Positions 24,466 through 36,832 of a stretch of 64,000 bases of DNA are shown here, one piece after another. Under the pieces are notes generated by a model. It was not told the origin of the DNA, did no database searches, and saw only the letters and a program-made list of their open reading frames with translations. The stretch comes from Ancylonema sp. (taxonomy: Eukaryota), in assembly GCA_050230475.1 (NCBI GenBank), contig JBFLGF010000127.1, forward strand, positions 1-64,000. The letters run 5' to 3'. The number at the start of each line of letters is the position of its first letter. The first letter of the stretch is position 1. A program made the position numbers and the translations under genes.

Positions 24466-26442
24466 ATGGCTACAACGAGCGAAGCGTCTGAGGTTGCTAA
24501 ACGACTCGACTTCGGTGACGACTCCGGTGTTGTTGCAGAAGCGCAGGAAATGGACCTCTACAGTGCAACAGAAAAGCTGGGGGATATAGCAAGGTAGCTG
24601 ATGTTGCAGAATGGACCCTCGATTTTGAAGATGAGACTGACGCGTTCACCCTCACTTGGATTCTGACAGGATTCTGGAACAGCTACGTAGTCCGTCGTTG
24701 GCGGGTCACTTGCAGAGCAAAACTATTGCGGTACGGAGTGGATTCACTGGTGATAGACCATCGCTCTCTTAAAAGGAACATCATTGTCACCAAATATGCG
24801 CCAATCATTTTGGGAAGAGGATGTGACATTGCACTGCTCCCCTGTAGCTCACAAGCAGCCCTCCTCCTTGCAGATGGAAGGGAAGAGAGCACCTGTTTCT
24901 TTTAGAGTCCTCGACGCATTGCTGGAAGTCGAATCCAGCAGCATTTTTGCGCAGGCTCTCAGGGAGGGTCCACAGTACTACAACGAGCTACCAGGTACGG
25001 CAAGATAGGAGCAAGACCGGCTTTTTTAGAACGAAATAATACAGACTGATTGTTTTTTTAGCACAGATGTAAGGACTCGAGAACAATCAATCAGAAATTG
25101 ACTGTTCTGTCGGTATTTCAGGAACTGCAGCAACGTGTCACGAGAGCGATCTCGTTATGGCACAGACACGATTAGAAGACCTGGGCCTTGTCTTCCAGGG
25201 CCTCTTGCAGTCATTAGAAACAGGTAAGTCCTCCTGGCAATCAGTATCCAAACTTGAGGCTCCCAGGCAGTCCTGCACCCTTCCATCGTAGACTTGAATG
25301 TGTAGGGGCACACCACTCATTTAAAATAAGCATAACTTGATTGTTTTGCCGTGTTGCAGATCAGTGCGCCTTACAAACAACAGCCAACAACGCACGCTCC
25401 AACCTTAAAATGCTAAGTGATAAGGTACAATCCTGAGCAGAGCTGTCTTCGAGTGTGTGCTGCCTTAACACGCTGGTATTCTTGACACTTTTAATGGCCT
25501 CGGCTGACCGATGGCAATCACGGATGTCTTTGCAGCTTGCGCAAATTAAAGAGGAAGAGGAGCAATGCAAGCTACTGGAAAGTGTAAGGAAGGCAGGATC
25601 GACTACCTTTGTCAATACACGGATCCATATGCGATGATGGATTTATGAAATGATGTATATCTTGCAGGAAGTGGCACGCTTCAGCCACAGCAAGGAGTGC
25701 CCCAGCTGAAGCTTTGGTATTCACAGATCCACACACATGCTGATACCGAGGATATAGTTTGTATTGCGAAGCTTGGAGTGAAGGTGTCTGCCTGTGACAC
25801 TGTTCGATGGAATTTTGTCGTCTGTCATGTCCAGCTGGCAGAAAGTCGACACCTGGAAGCTGAAGAGGCGAGCATGGACGAGAAACTGGCAGCCCTCAGG
25901 CAGGAAGTGGAAAGTTTCTCAAAGCATGTACGTTCCTACAGCATAACATTGCACTCCGCCCTCCAAGGAATCTTTGCTGATAAAGGTCAGTCTGTCACAT
26001 CTGTGTCCACAGCAGAGGATGCAGCGAGAGACGTCGAGCGTGGTGGAGGCCGCAATAGCACAGCTTGAGCAGGAGCTGGCAATGGAGAAAACACAAGAGG
26101 ATAGACAGACCCGGTCGGTGCAAGGCACCCTGATCGTTACCGTTACCGGCACATCCGATTCCTTTCGAAATCTAAAGAACAGTCTGGATGGGGTGGTGCA
26201 GGGGTGTGAAGACCTTGAGACTGTTGGAGGTTCTAGGTGGCATCAGAGTGGAAAGCTCCACGGATTCTGAGCTGAATATGAGTCTCACAGGCAGCTATAA
26301 GCCAGAAAATGATACCATACATGCACCGACTTTGATTGAACTTAGAGTCTGCTTGCAGCTGGATGCTCATTCTGGTGCAATCATCAGCGCCAAGGCAAGC
26401 ATTTCATTCTACCAGCCTTTTCTATCTTGCACCTGGCAAGAG
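24466..26442 (+). pseudogene. 3'-truncated copy of the ZWINT-like gene (repeat unit A)
   Basis: Matches 36833-38809; breaks off in an intron at the A/B junction. Confidence 0.7.
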
Positions 26443-26930
26443 ATTTGTTTCCGAGCCAAAGTGGAGCTGACGGTTTCGAGGATCAGACAGGCATATCCGC
26501 CGATGGGTGCATGATAGAAGGCAATTTGTTGCGCCAATCGGCAAAAGTGACGTACATTTCAACTCAAATCGCCCCGGAGAGGTCCTAGGTTATGAAAGCG
26601 CAACCAGTTTCAGCGCCTGATGGCGGTGTTTCTATTTGGATCTGTGGTGTGCGGGTCGCCAATATGGGCGAAATGCGTAGCCGGTGGTTGGTTCTGACTC
26701 TCCTAACTCAGGAGTCCTGAGGGATCCAGGCAAGGGAAGGCTAAACAGAGTGACGGTTCCACCATAGGATCAGTCTGATTTCCGCGCACCTAGATGACCA
26801 CTACAAACTGAGGATTGCGCTAATGCACGCTATGCCTTTAAGATGCTAACAATCCTGGAATGAGCTGCTTTCCCGGTCACCTTCTTTACAAAGTTTGCAT
26901 CTTTACGCCTATATTCCACTTCCAGATATA

Positions 26931-28810
26931 ATGTCGACGCCACAGACAGAAGCCAAGCGCCGCCGCCTGGAGGCTCTGGAACAACGCCAGGCGGCCACCA
27001 GGAATGTCCAGCCGCCCCTTCCAATATCCAAACCAACCAATGCTTCAGGGAAAAACCAACCAAGAGACAGGAAGAATAAAAAAGGTGACAGCTTGGTTCG
27101 GCCTGATCCTGGGCGCACGTCCGGATCCCGACCGGACCGAATGCAAGAGGCGCCACTTGTCAGTGCTTTGAGGAGCCCGGGTTGGGACACGTCAGCAGGT
27201 GCGGTTCTATCTACGAGTCACTCTACCCATCCAGTTCAGAGATGACTTTAATCGGGAGATAGTTTGTCACCCCTCTGAACTCCTAGAATAATGCTGCCAC
27301 TGATCTCTCCTGACCGCCTGCAATCACCTTTGTGTTTTAAAGAAGACGATATCCGTACACACCGGGATGATGTGTACCCGAATACACCCGAGTCTCCTCA
27401 AACTCGTCACCCGCGTTAGACCCAAAAACGCCACCAGACACTGCGTTGTGTCACTGCTCTGATTGCTGATCGCTTTTCTGAGGCAGCCTCACACAGCGTT
27501 CCAGAAGAGCCGCTCTATCGGAGGATCAGTGATAGGCTGCAGGGAGGATGGGCTGCGAAGGGGGAGGAGGTAAGATAAGAGGGATCGCTATTGGGGGCCT
27601 CTCATCACAATCAACAATCACCAATGGTTGCACGCACAGAATTTGGTCACGACTGTTATTTGACCATCTGTTATGCTGCTCATTTTTCATCCTCTCTCTC
27701 TCTCTCTCTTTCATTCCCCAATGGCTGCAATGCACACTTCAAGGCAGCGCAGTGGGGGGGCTCTTGCCTGATCCAGGTGTCAGCGTCTGGTAGGCCAGAC
27801 CCTCTGGCCACCACCTCCCCCACCGCTGCTATCGAAACCCTCCTTCGAGTCCTTTTGAAGTCCACAAACCGATCCGCTGATGCAAGCGCGATTTTGGAGA
27901 GCAAAGTGTACGGAAAGAATCTGCTTTTGCACAATCCGATGGGGCAGGCAACGGCGAGTGAGAGGAGGCGAGAGAGGGAGAAGGGAGGGAGAGGGCGCAG
28001 AGGTCGAAGATCAGGATGGGGGCAAAGGAGCGGAGGGAAAAGAAGGTGTTCCAGATCCAGCCTCACTGCCAGAAGTGAGGGAGAAAGGTGACCTGTCGCA
28101 AATGACACCTACTGACAACAGTGTCTGAAAGTGTCTTCAGATATGTTCTGTATGCCCCCCTGGAAGCCCTTTGGAAGCAGTACATGACAAAATTGCTCAA
28201 GGGGAGCAGGTGAGTGAAAATACTGCCTCCATTGCGCACTCTTCCCCCTCCAAGGCTCCTTTTTTCAATGAAGAAGTGAAGCAGAAACAGGAATTTTGCA
28301 GCGCACTTGTCTGGCTCTGAAGGGATGTCGAGGGGGGGGTTCGAGTTCTCAGTGGCAGTATGGTGACGTCCCGGCTGATGTCAGCGGACTTCCACGGAGC
28401 CGTGATGACAGGTGGGGGGTGGTGGAGAGAGAGTGATGTGTTGTGGGCCTATGAGGGGTTGACACGTGGAGGTTGTGCAGTGACTGAAGCGAGAGACCCC
28501 ATCCATGTGGGAATCAAGGGAGTGGTAGTGAGAGAGAGTGAGAAGGCTTTCTACATCCTCACACAAGCTGACAAGCTGCGAGGTACGGCAGCCATGGCCA
28601 ACCCTCACTGTACCATCCCAGAAAATCACCTGATATCTCTTGTGGTTCTCCGGGCTTTGGGGTGGAGCAGTGGTGCCGAAAATTGGAGTGGTTTTCGCAT
28701 TTCCATGGGGGGAATCGGAAGTGAAGCTGTTTGGGTCGCAGTTGGTGGGCCGGGATGGGAGTCAAGCGGGCAAAGGGGGGAGCAAAGAGAGGCCTACCAT
28801 TCGGCTATGA
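26931..28810 (+). pseudogene. POP4: POP4 copy 2 with a 2-nt (GA) insertion frameshift in exon 3 (~27979)
   Basis: Matches 20563-22441 except gagagagggaGAagggagg in exon 3 and small intronic indels. Confidence 0.75.
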
Positions 28811-30843
28811 TTGTACAAAGTTCAAGTCACGGGAAACAAGATGGTCGAGGGCTGATTTCGGGTGCTCTTTTGTACATTTGTAGTATGCCATTGATTGTTT
28901 GATACTGTATTTTGTACATTTTAGAACAAGGTGGACTTCAATGTTTGGGCTAGGAGAACAAGGGGCGAAAGCCTTCCAACGAGACGCCCCTCAAATAATA
29001 ACCTTTTGAATAAGATGAACCGCACATTTCGTTTATGAAGTTTGGGATAAAGGCGATTTGGATGATACCTACCTCACACCACGTCAACCAGCAAGCCTCC
29101 TACTTGTCTGGCTACCTCAACTACCCCCCAATATTCAAAAGGGATTTTTTTTAAACAATCTAGTGAAGGGTAGTAACGTCTTTTTAGGACAGTCAAAGTA
29201 AAGAGGGTAGATGTGGATAGGAATTGGGACCGTTGGATGAGGTTCCCGAGGAGTGATAGGACCGAATGAGGTCCGATCACATATGTTACAAGTTTATGTA
29301 GTAGCCTCAGCTAGTGGATCATGCAAGTAGCACGGCATCTTCCTATCCTGCCTTACTAATTTACGGCGCCGACTCAGCCGCCTCAACTAGCCGACTTACT
29401 AACTCATCCACTGAGAGATTAGCACGCTAGGACAGATGTTACCCTCTACCTCACTTCTCACTTGAACTGGTAAGATGTTAAAAGAGACTACAGAAGCGTC
29501 ATGCTGAGACTATAGAAGCGTCATGCTGGCGGCGCGCAGCTGCAGCCTAGTGTGTACAGGAGTCGCAAACTGGCCCATCTCGCCTTGTCGCCTTCTTGCC
29601 ACTTAAGCCGACTTACGGCGCCCTTAACGCGACATGAATCTTGCAAGCGAGGTTACAAGGAAGCTCTCTGCTTAAGATGGTTGGTAATTTAGGTGCCGCC
29701 ATATGTGCTGCAAGTGGCGGAGCAATCATACCGTTTCGTCTAACTACGGCCTTAGATCTGTCCGACACACATAAAGTTAAATACGTCCACGGGACACGTG
29801 TCACTTTACGAAACTTATCGAGGAATACCCACGCGCATTCAGAATACAACTAAAGCCGTAAATACCCGTACCCGCATAATGTTCATCGTACAAAGGTACA
29901 ACCTTGTATAGCCGCCTTATATCGTTATAGATACTCTCGTCTTATAAGCACGCTCTACCGTATAGGCACCATTTCATCGTGCAAGTCTATCGCGTCAAGT
30001 AGGTACCATTATCTTATAAGCACTTTCGCTGTATAAGCACAAATATTCACCATACAAGCACACGATCTAATATAGCCCGACACATGCATTCCTGTATCTA
30101 TACTTGTCAACAAAAAAGCAAAGACAAGACCATCCCATCATGACAATCTTTTGTGTTCCTTTAAATGTGCCTCATGTGCCTTGAAATGGATGGACGAAGT
30201 AAACGACCATTACCTTGGAGAGCCATCGCATCTCACAAACTACATGCGAGTGAATATGATACCATTGGAAGTATTCACACTCCAATCAGCAAATAACACA
30301 AAATTTCATGGCGAATTTTTTTCGGCGATATGGCAGACGAAGTTCATGATTTCTGAGAGCAGAATTTTGAGTTTCCCTTGTTCCAGGCACATCTGCCTCA
30401 GGGGCCCTGGTAAATGAGCCTGTAACGCGATGTCCATGTTACAGAAACAACCACGTAATAGGCATACGTGTGCCTACAACGAGCATTTACTGTACTTGGT
30501 TACCTATGACGAAGATTATTTGTCGGGGTAAGTTCGGATCCGTACGCGTCCGACCCCGCTCCGACCGGATCCCGCCACGCATCCGACCCAGAGTTTAGAC
30601 CCCAGCGGTCCACACGATATTGGTGCCTATTACGCAACTATGCCTACAACGAGTATTTGCTGAACTTTATCGGCCGTTTGAAATTTCAATTATTTAATAT
30701 AAATTTTCACTTCGCCCTCTGTACATGGCCACCATGGCACCATTGTACCGGCTAGAAGAGATGACAAAGCATGACATGAAGCGTGACATGAAGCGAGAGA
30801 ACAGGCCTTGATGTTGATGACTATGAACACCAGCCACGAGAAA

Positions 30844-31768
30844 ATGGCTACAACGAGCGAAGCGTCTGAGGTTGCTAAACGACTCGACTTCGGTGACGAC
30901 TCCGGTGTTGTTGCAGAAGCGCAGGAAATGGACCTCTACAGTGCAACAGAAAAGCTGGGGGATATAGCAAGGTAGCTGATGTTGCAGAATGGACCCTCGA
31001 TTTTGAAGATGAGACTGACGCGTTCACCCTCACTTGGATTCTGACAGGATTCTGGAACAGCTACGTAGTCCGTCGTTGGCGGGTCACTTGCAGAGCAAAA
31101 CTATTGCGGTACGGAGTGGATTCACTGGTGATAGACCATCGCTCTCTTAAAAGGAACATCATTGTCACCAAATATGCGCCAATCATTTTGGGAAGAGGAT
31201 GTGACATTGCACTGCTCCCCTGTAGCTCACAAGCAGCCCTCCTCCTTGCAGATGGAAGGGAAGAGAGCACCTGTTTCTTTTAGAGTCCTCGACGCATTGC
31301 TGGAAGTCGAATCCAGCAGCATTTTTGCGCAGGCTCTCAGGGAGGGTCCACAGTACTACAACGAGCTACCAGGTACGGCAAGATAGGAGCAAGACCGGCT
31401 TTTTTAGAACGAAATAATACAGACTGATTGTTTTTTTAGCACAGATGTAAGGACTCGAGAACAATCAATCAGAAATTGACTGTTCTGTCGGTATTTCAGG
31501 AACTGCAGCAACGTGTCACGAGAGCGATCTCGTTATGGCACAGACACGATTAGAAGACCTGGGCCTTGTCTTCCAGGGCCTCTTGCAGTCATTAGAAACA
31601 GGTAAGTCCTCCTGGCAATCAGTATCCAAACTTGAGGCTCCCAGGCAGTCCTGCACCCTTCCATCGTAGACTTGAATGTGTAGGGGCACACCACTCATTT
31701 AAAATAAGCATAACTTGATTGTTTTGCCGTGTTGCAGATCAGTGCGCCTTACAAACAACAGCCAACAA
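30844..31768 (+). pseudogene. 3'-truncated copy of the ZWINT-like gene (repeat unit B)
   Basis: Breaks inside exon 5 (...ACAGCCAACAA) and jumps into the TAGGTATG repeat. Confidence 0.7.
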
Positions 31769-32179
31769 TGGTATGTAGGTATGTAGGTATGTAGGTATGT
31801 AGGTATGTAGGTATGTAGGTATGTAGGTATGTAGGTATGTAGGTCTATGGGATTGTAGGTGTGTAAATGTGAGTTCGTGTGAGCCTTCGTGTTCAATCAG
31901 ACAAATTCATAAAACACTCTTCTGTCCTCTTTATGTTCTCAACTTCATATCCATTGTCTGCATTAAAAACCTCCTCGCTCTAGATTTGACACCCAAATGT
32001 ACAGTAAGAGATCACTGCTTTAAAAGCTTGCTAGTACTTCATGGAGTTCCCACCGTTTCCTGTCACTACAGCGTGCTGTTTTCCTACGAATTTTATATTC
32101 TTCTTGCTCCTCGAATTTTCTGGCATGCATGACTGCCTTCCAAATTTCCGTGGACCGTAATGCAACCTCTCCCTCCCAC

Positions 32180-32267
32180 CTCTGTAGTCAACTCCGGAAT
32201 TGAGTTTCACCACAACAGGGCGACCACGAATATTCTACAAGAAATCGGCGGGCGTTTTGGCACTCAT
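32180..32267 (-). pseudogene. LSM6: Orphan copy of LSM6 exon 1 (same in-frame TAG at 32235-32237); downstream exons absent
   Basis: Identical to 19816-19903; intron 1 is cut at the B/C junction. Confidence 0.85.
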
Positions 32268-32926
32268 ATTGGCGATCAGAAGTCGATGCTAGTCAGAGAG
32301 AAGAGGCTCTCTGCTATGTGCTTCCGCACCTAAAAGCTAGCTTGAACAACGTTCATTTCGCCAATCCTTCAGCTGAGCACGCAGTGATAAATTTATGTGG
32401 TTACTCGGTGCTTGTCAGGGCCAGCGTTCTGTCGTAGTATTTGTTTCCGAGCCAAAGTGGAGCTGACGGTTTCGAGGATCAGACAGGCATATCCGCCGAT
32501 GGGTGCATGATAGAAGGCAATTTGTTGCGCCAATCGGCAAAAGTGACGTACATTTCAACTCAAATCGCCCCGGAGAGGTCCTAGGTTATGAAAGCGCAAC
32601 CAGTTTCAGCGCCTGATGGCGGTGTTTCTATTTGGATCTGTGGTGTGCGGGTCGCCAATATGGGCGAAATGCGTAGCCGGTGGTTGGTTCTGACTCTCCT
32701 AACTCAGGAGTCCTGAGGGATCCAGGCAAGGGAAGGCTAAACAGAGTGACGGTTCCACCATAGGATCAGTCTGATTTCCGCGCACCTAGATGACCACTAC
32801 AAACTGAGGATTGCGCTAATGCACGCTATGCCTTTAAGATGCTAACAATCCTGGAATGAGCTGCTTTCCCGGTCACCTTCTTTACAAAGTTTGCATCTTT
32901 ACGCCTATATTCCACTTCCAGATATA

Positions 32927-34805
32927 ATGTCGACGCCACAGACAGAAGCCAAGCGCCGCCGCCTGGAGGCTCTGGAACAACGCCAGGCGGCCACCAGGAA
33001 TGTCCAGCCGCCCCTTCCAATATCCAAACCAACCAATGCTTCAGGGAAAAACCAACCAAGAGACAGGAAGAATAAAAAAGGTGACAGCTTGGTTCGGCCT
33101 GATCCTGGGCGCACGTCCGGATCCCGACCGGACCGAATGCAAGAGGCGCCACTTGTCAGTGCTTTGAGGAGCCCGGGTTGGGACACGTCAGCAGGTGCGG
33201 TTCTATCTACGAGTCACTCTACCCATCCAGTTCAGAGATGACTTTAATCGGGAGATAGTTTGTCACCCCTCTGAACTCCTAGAATAATGCTGCCACTGAT
33301 CTCTCCTGACCGCCTGCAATCACCTTTGTGTTTTAAAGAAGACGATATCCGTACACACCGGGATGATGTGTACCCGAATACACCCGAGTCTCCTCAAACT
33401 CGTCACCCGCGTTAGACCCAAAAACGCCACCAGACACTGCGTTGTGTCACTGCTCTGATTGCTGATCGCTTTTCTGAGGCAGCCTCACACAGCGTTCCAG
33501 AAGAGCCGCTCTATCGGAGGATCAGTGATAGGCTGCAGGGAGGATGGGCTGCGAAGGGGGAGGAGGTAAGATAAGAGGGATCGCTATTGGGGGCCTCTCA
33601 TCACAATCAACAATCACCAATGGTTGCACGCACAGAATTTGGTCACGACTGTTATTTGACCATCTGTTATGCTGCTCATTTTTCATCCTCTCTCTCTCTC
33701 TCTCTTTCATTCCCCAATGGCTGCAATGCACACTTCAAGGCAGCGCAGTGGGGGGGCTTCTTGCCTGATCCAGGTGTCAGCGTCTGGTAGGCCAGACCCT
33801 CTGGCCACCACCTCCCCCACCGCTGCTATCGAAACCCTCCTTCGAGTCCTTTTGAAGTCCACAAACCGATCCGCTGATGCAAGCGCGATTTTGGAGAGCA
33901 AAGTGTACGGAAAGAATCTGCTTTTGCACAATCCGATGGGGCAGGCAACGGCGAGTGAGAGGAGGCGAGAGAGGGAAGGGAGGGAGAGGGCGCAGAGGTC
34001 GAAGATCAGGATGGGGGCAAAGGAGCGGAGGGAAAAGAAGGTGTTCCAGATCCAGCCTCACTGCCAGAAGTGAGGGAGAAAGGTGACCTGTCGCAAATGA
34101 CACCTACTGACAACAGTGTCTGAAAGTGTCTTCAGATATGTTCTGTATGCCCCCCTGGAAGCCCTTTGGAAGCAGTACATGACAAAATTGCTCAAGGGGA
34201 GCAGGTGAGTGAAAATACTGCCTCCATTGCGCACTCTTCCCCCTCCAAGGCTCCTTTTTTCAATGAAGAAGTGAAGCAGAAACAGGAATTTTGCAGCGCA
34301 CTTGTCTGGCTCTGAAGGGATGTCGAGGGGGGGGTTCGAGTTCTCAGTGGCAGTATGGTGACGTCCCGGCTGATGTCAGCGGACTTCCACGGAGCCGTGA
34401 TGACAGGTGGGGGGTGGTGGAGAGAGAGTGATGTGTTGTGGGCCTATGAGGGGTTGACACGTGGAGGTTGTGCAGTGACTGAAGCGAGAGACCCCATCCA
34501 TGTGGGAATCAAGGGAGTGGTAGTGAGAGAGAGTGAGAAGGCTTTCTACATCCTCACACAAGCTGACAAGCTGCGAGGTACGGCAGCCATGGCCAACCCT
34601 CACTGTACCATCCCAGAAAATCACCTGATATCTCTTGTGGTTCTCCGGGCTTTGGGGTGGAGCAGTGGTGCCGAAAATTGGAGTGGTTTTCGCATTTCCA
34701 TGGGGGGAATCGGAAGTGAAGCTGTTTGGGTCGCAGTTGGTGGGCCGGGATGGGAGTCAAGCGGGCAAAGGGGGGAGCAAAGAGAGGCCTACCATTCGGC
34801 TATGA
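32927..34805 (+). CDS. POP4: POP4 copy 3 (intact)
   Basis: Same translation as copy 1 at offset 12364. Confidence 0.85.
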
Positions 34806-36660
34806 TTGTACAAAGTTCAAGTCACGGGAAACAAGATGGTCGAGGGCTGATTTCGGGTGCTCTTTTGTACATTTGTAGTATGCCATTGATTGTTTGATAC
34901 TGTATTTTGTACATTTTAGAACAAGGTGGACTTCAATGTTTGGGCTAGGAGAACAAGGGGCGAAAGCCTTCCAACGAGACGCCCCTCAAATAATAACCTT
35001 TTGAATAAGATGAACCGCACATTTCGTTTATGAAGTTTGGGATAAAGGCGATTTGGATGATACCTACCTCACACCACGTCAACCAGCAAGCCTCCTACTT
35101 GTCTGGCTACCTCAACTACCCCCCAATATTCAAAAGGGATTTTTTTTAAACAATCTAGTGAAGGGTAGTAACGTCTTTTTAGGACAGTCAAAGTAAAGAG
35201 GGTAGATGTGGATAGGAATTGGGACCGTTGGATGAGGTTCCCGAGGAGTGATAGGACCGAATGAGGTCCGATCACATATGTTACAAGTTTATGTAGTAGC
35301 CTCAGCTAGTGGATCATGCAAGTAGCACGGCATCTTCCTATCCTGCCTTACTAATTTACGGCGCCGACTCAGCCGCCTCAACTAGCCGACTTACTAACTC
35401 ATCCACTGAGAGATTAGCACGCTAGGACAGATGTTACCCTCTACCTCACTTCTCACTTGAACTGGTAAGATGTTAAAAGAGACTACAGAAGCGTCATGCT
35501 GAGACTATAGAAGCGTCATGCTGGCGGCGCGCAGCTGCAGCCTAGTGTGTACAGGAGTCGCAAACTGGCCCATCTCGCCTTGTCGCCTTCTTGCCACTTA
35601 AGCCGACTTACGGCGCCCTTAACGCGACATGAATCTTGCAAGCGAGGTTACAAGGAAGCTCTCTGCTTAAGATGGTTGGTAATTTAGGTGCCGCCATATG
35701 TGCCGCAGGTGGCGGAGCAATCATACCGTTTCGTCTAACTACGGCCTTAGATTCTGTCCAACACACTTAAAGTTAAATACGTCCACGGGACACGTGTCAC
35801 TTTACGAAACTTATCGAGGAATACCACCCACGCGCTTTCAAAATACAACTAAAGCCGTAACTACCCGCATAATGTTCATCGTACATACAACCTTGTATAG
35901 CCGCCTTATATCGTTATAGATACTCTCGTCTTATAAGCACGCTCTACCGTATAGGCACCATTTCATCGTGCAAGTCTATCGCGTCAAGTAGGTACCATTA
36001 TCTTATAAGCACTTTCGCTGTATAAGCACAAATATTCACCATACAAGCACACGATCTAATATAGCCCGACACATGCATTCCTGTATCTATACTTGTCAAC
36101 AAAAAAGCAAAGACAAGACCATCCCATCATGACAATCTTTTGTGTTCCTTTAAATGTGCCTCATGTGCCTTGAAATGGATGGACGAAGTAAACGACCATT
36201 ACCTTGGAGAGCCATCGCATCTCACAAACTACATGCGAGTGAATATGATACCATTGGAAGTATTCACACTCCAATCAGCAAATAACACAAAATTTCATGG
36301 CGAATTTTTTTCGGCGATATGGCAGACGAAGTTCATGATTTCTGAGAGCAGAATTTTGAGTTTCCCTTGTTCCAGGCACATCTGCCTCAGGGGCCCTGGT
36401 AAATGAGCCTGTAACGCGATGTCCATGTTACAGAAACAACCACGTAATAGGCATACGTGTGCCTACAACGAGCATTTACTGTACTTGGTTACCTATGACG
36501 AAGATTATTTGTCGGGGTAAGTTCGGATCCGTACGCGTCCGACCCCGCTCCGACCGGATCCCGCCACGCATCCGACCCAGAGTTTAGACCCCAGCGGTCC
36601 ACACGATATTGGTGCCTATTACGCAACTATGCCTACAACGAGTATTTGCTGAACTTTATC

Positions 36661-36692
36661 GGCCGTTTGAAATTTCAATTATTTAATATAAA
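36661..36692 (+). promoter_or_regulatory. Candidate G2/M promoter module: MSA core (GGCCGTT) overlapping CHR-like TTTGAA, followed by TATAAA; copies near 24294 and 30672
   Basis: ggccgtttgaaatttcaattatttaatataaa lies ~170 bp upstream of the ZWINT-like ATG; short motifs, so chance is not excluded. Confidence 0.35.
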
Positions 36693-36832
36693 TTTTCACT
36701 TCGCCCTCTGTACATGGCCACCATGGCACCATTGTACCGGCTAGAAGAGATGACAAAGCATGACATGAAGCGTGACATGAAGCGAGAGAACAGGCCTTGA
36801 TGTTGATGACTATGAACACCAGCCACGAGAAA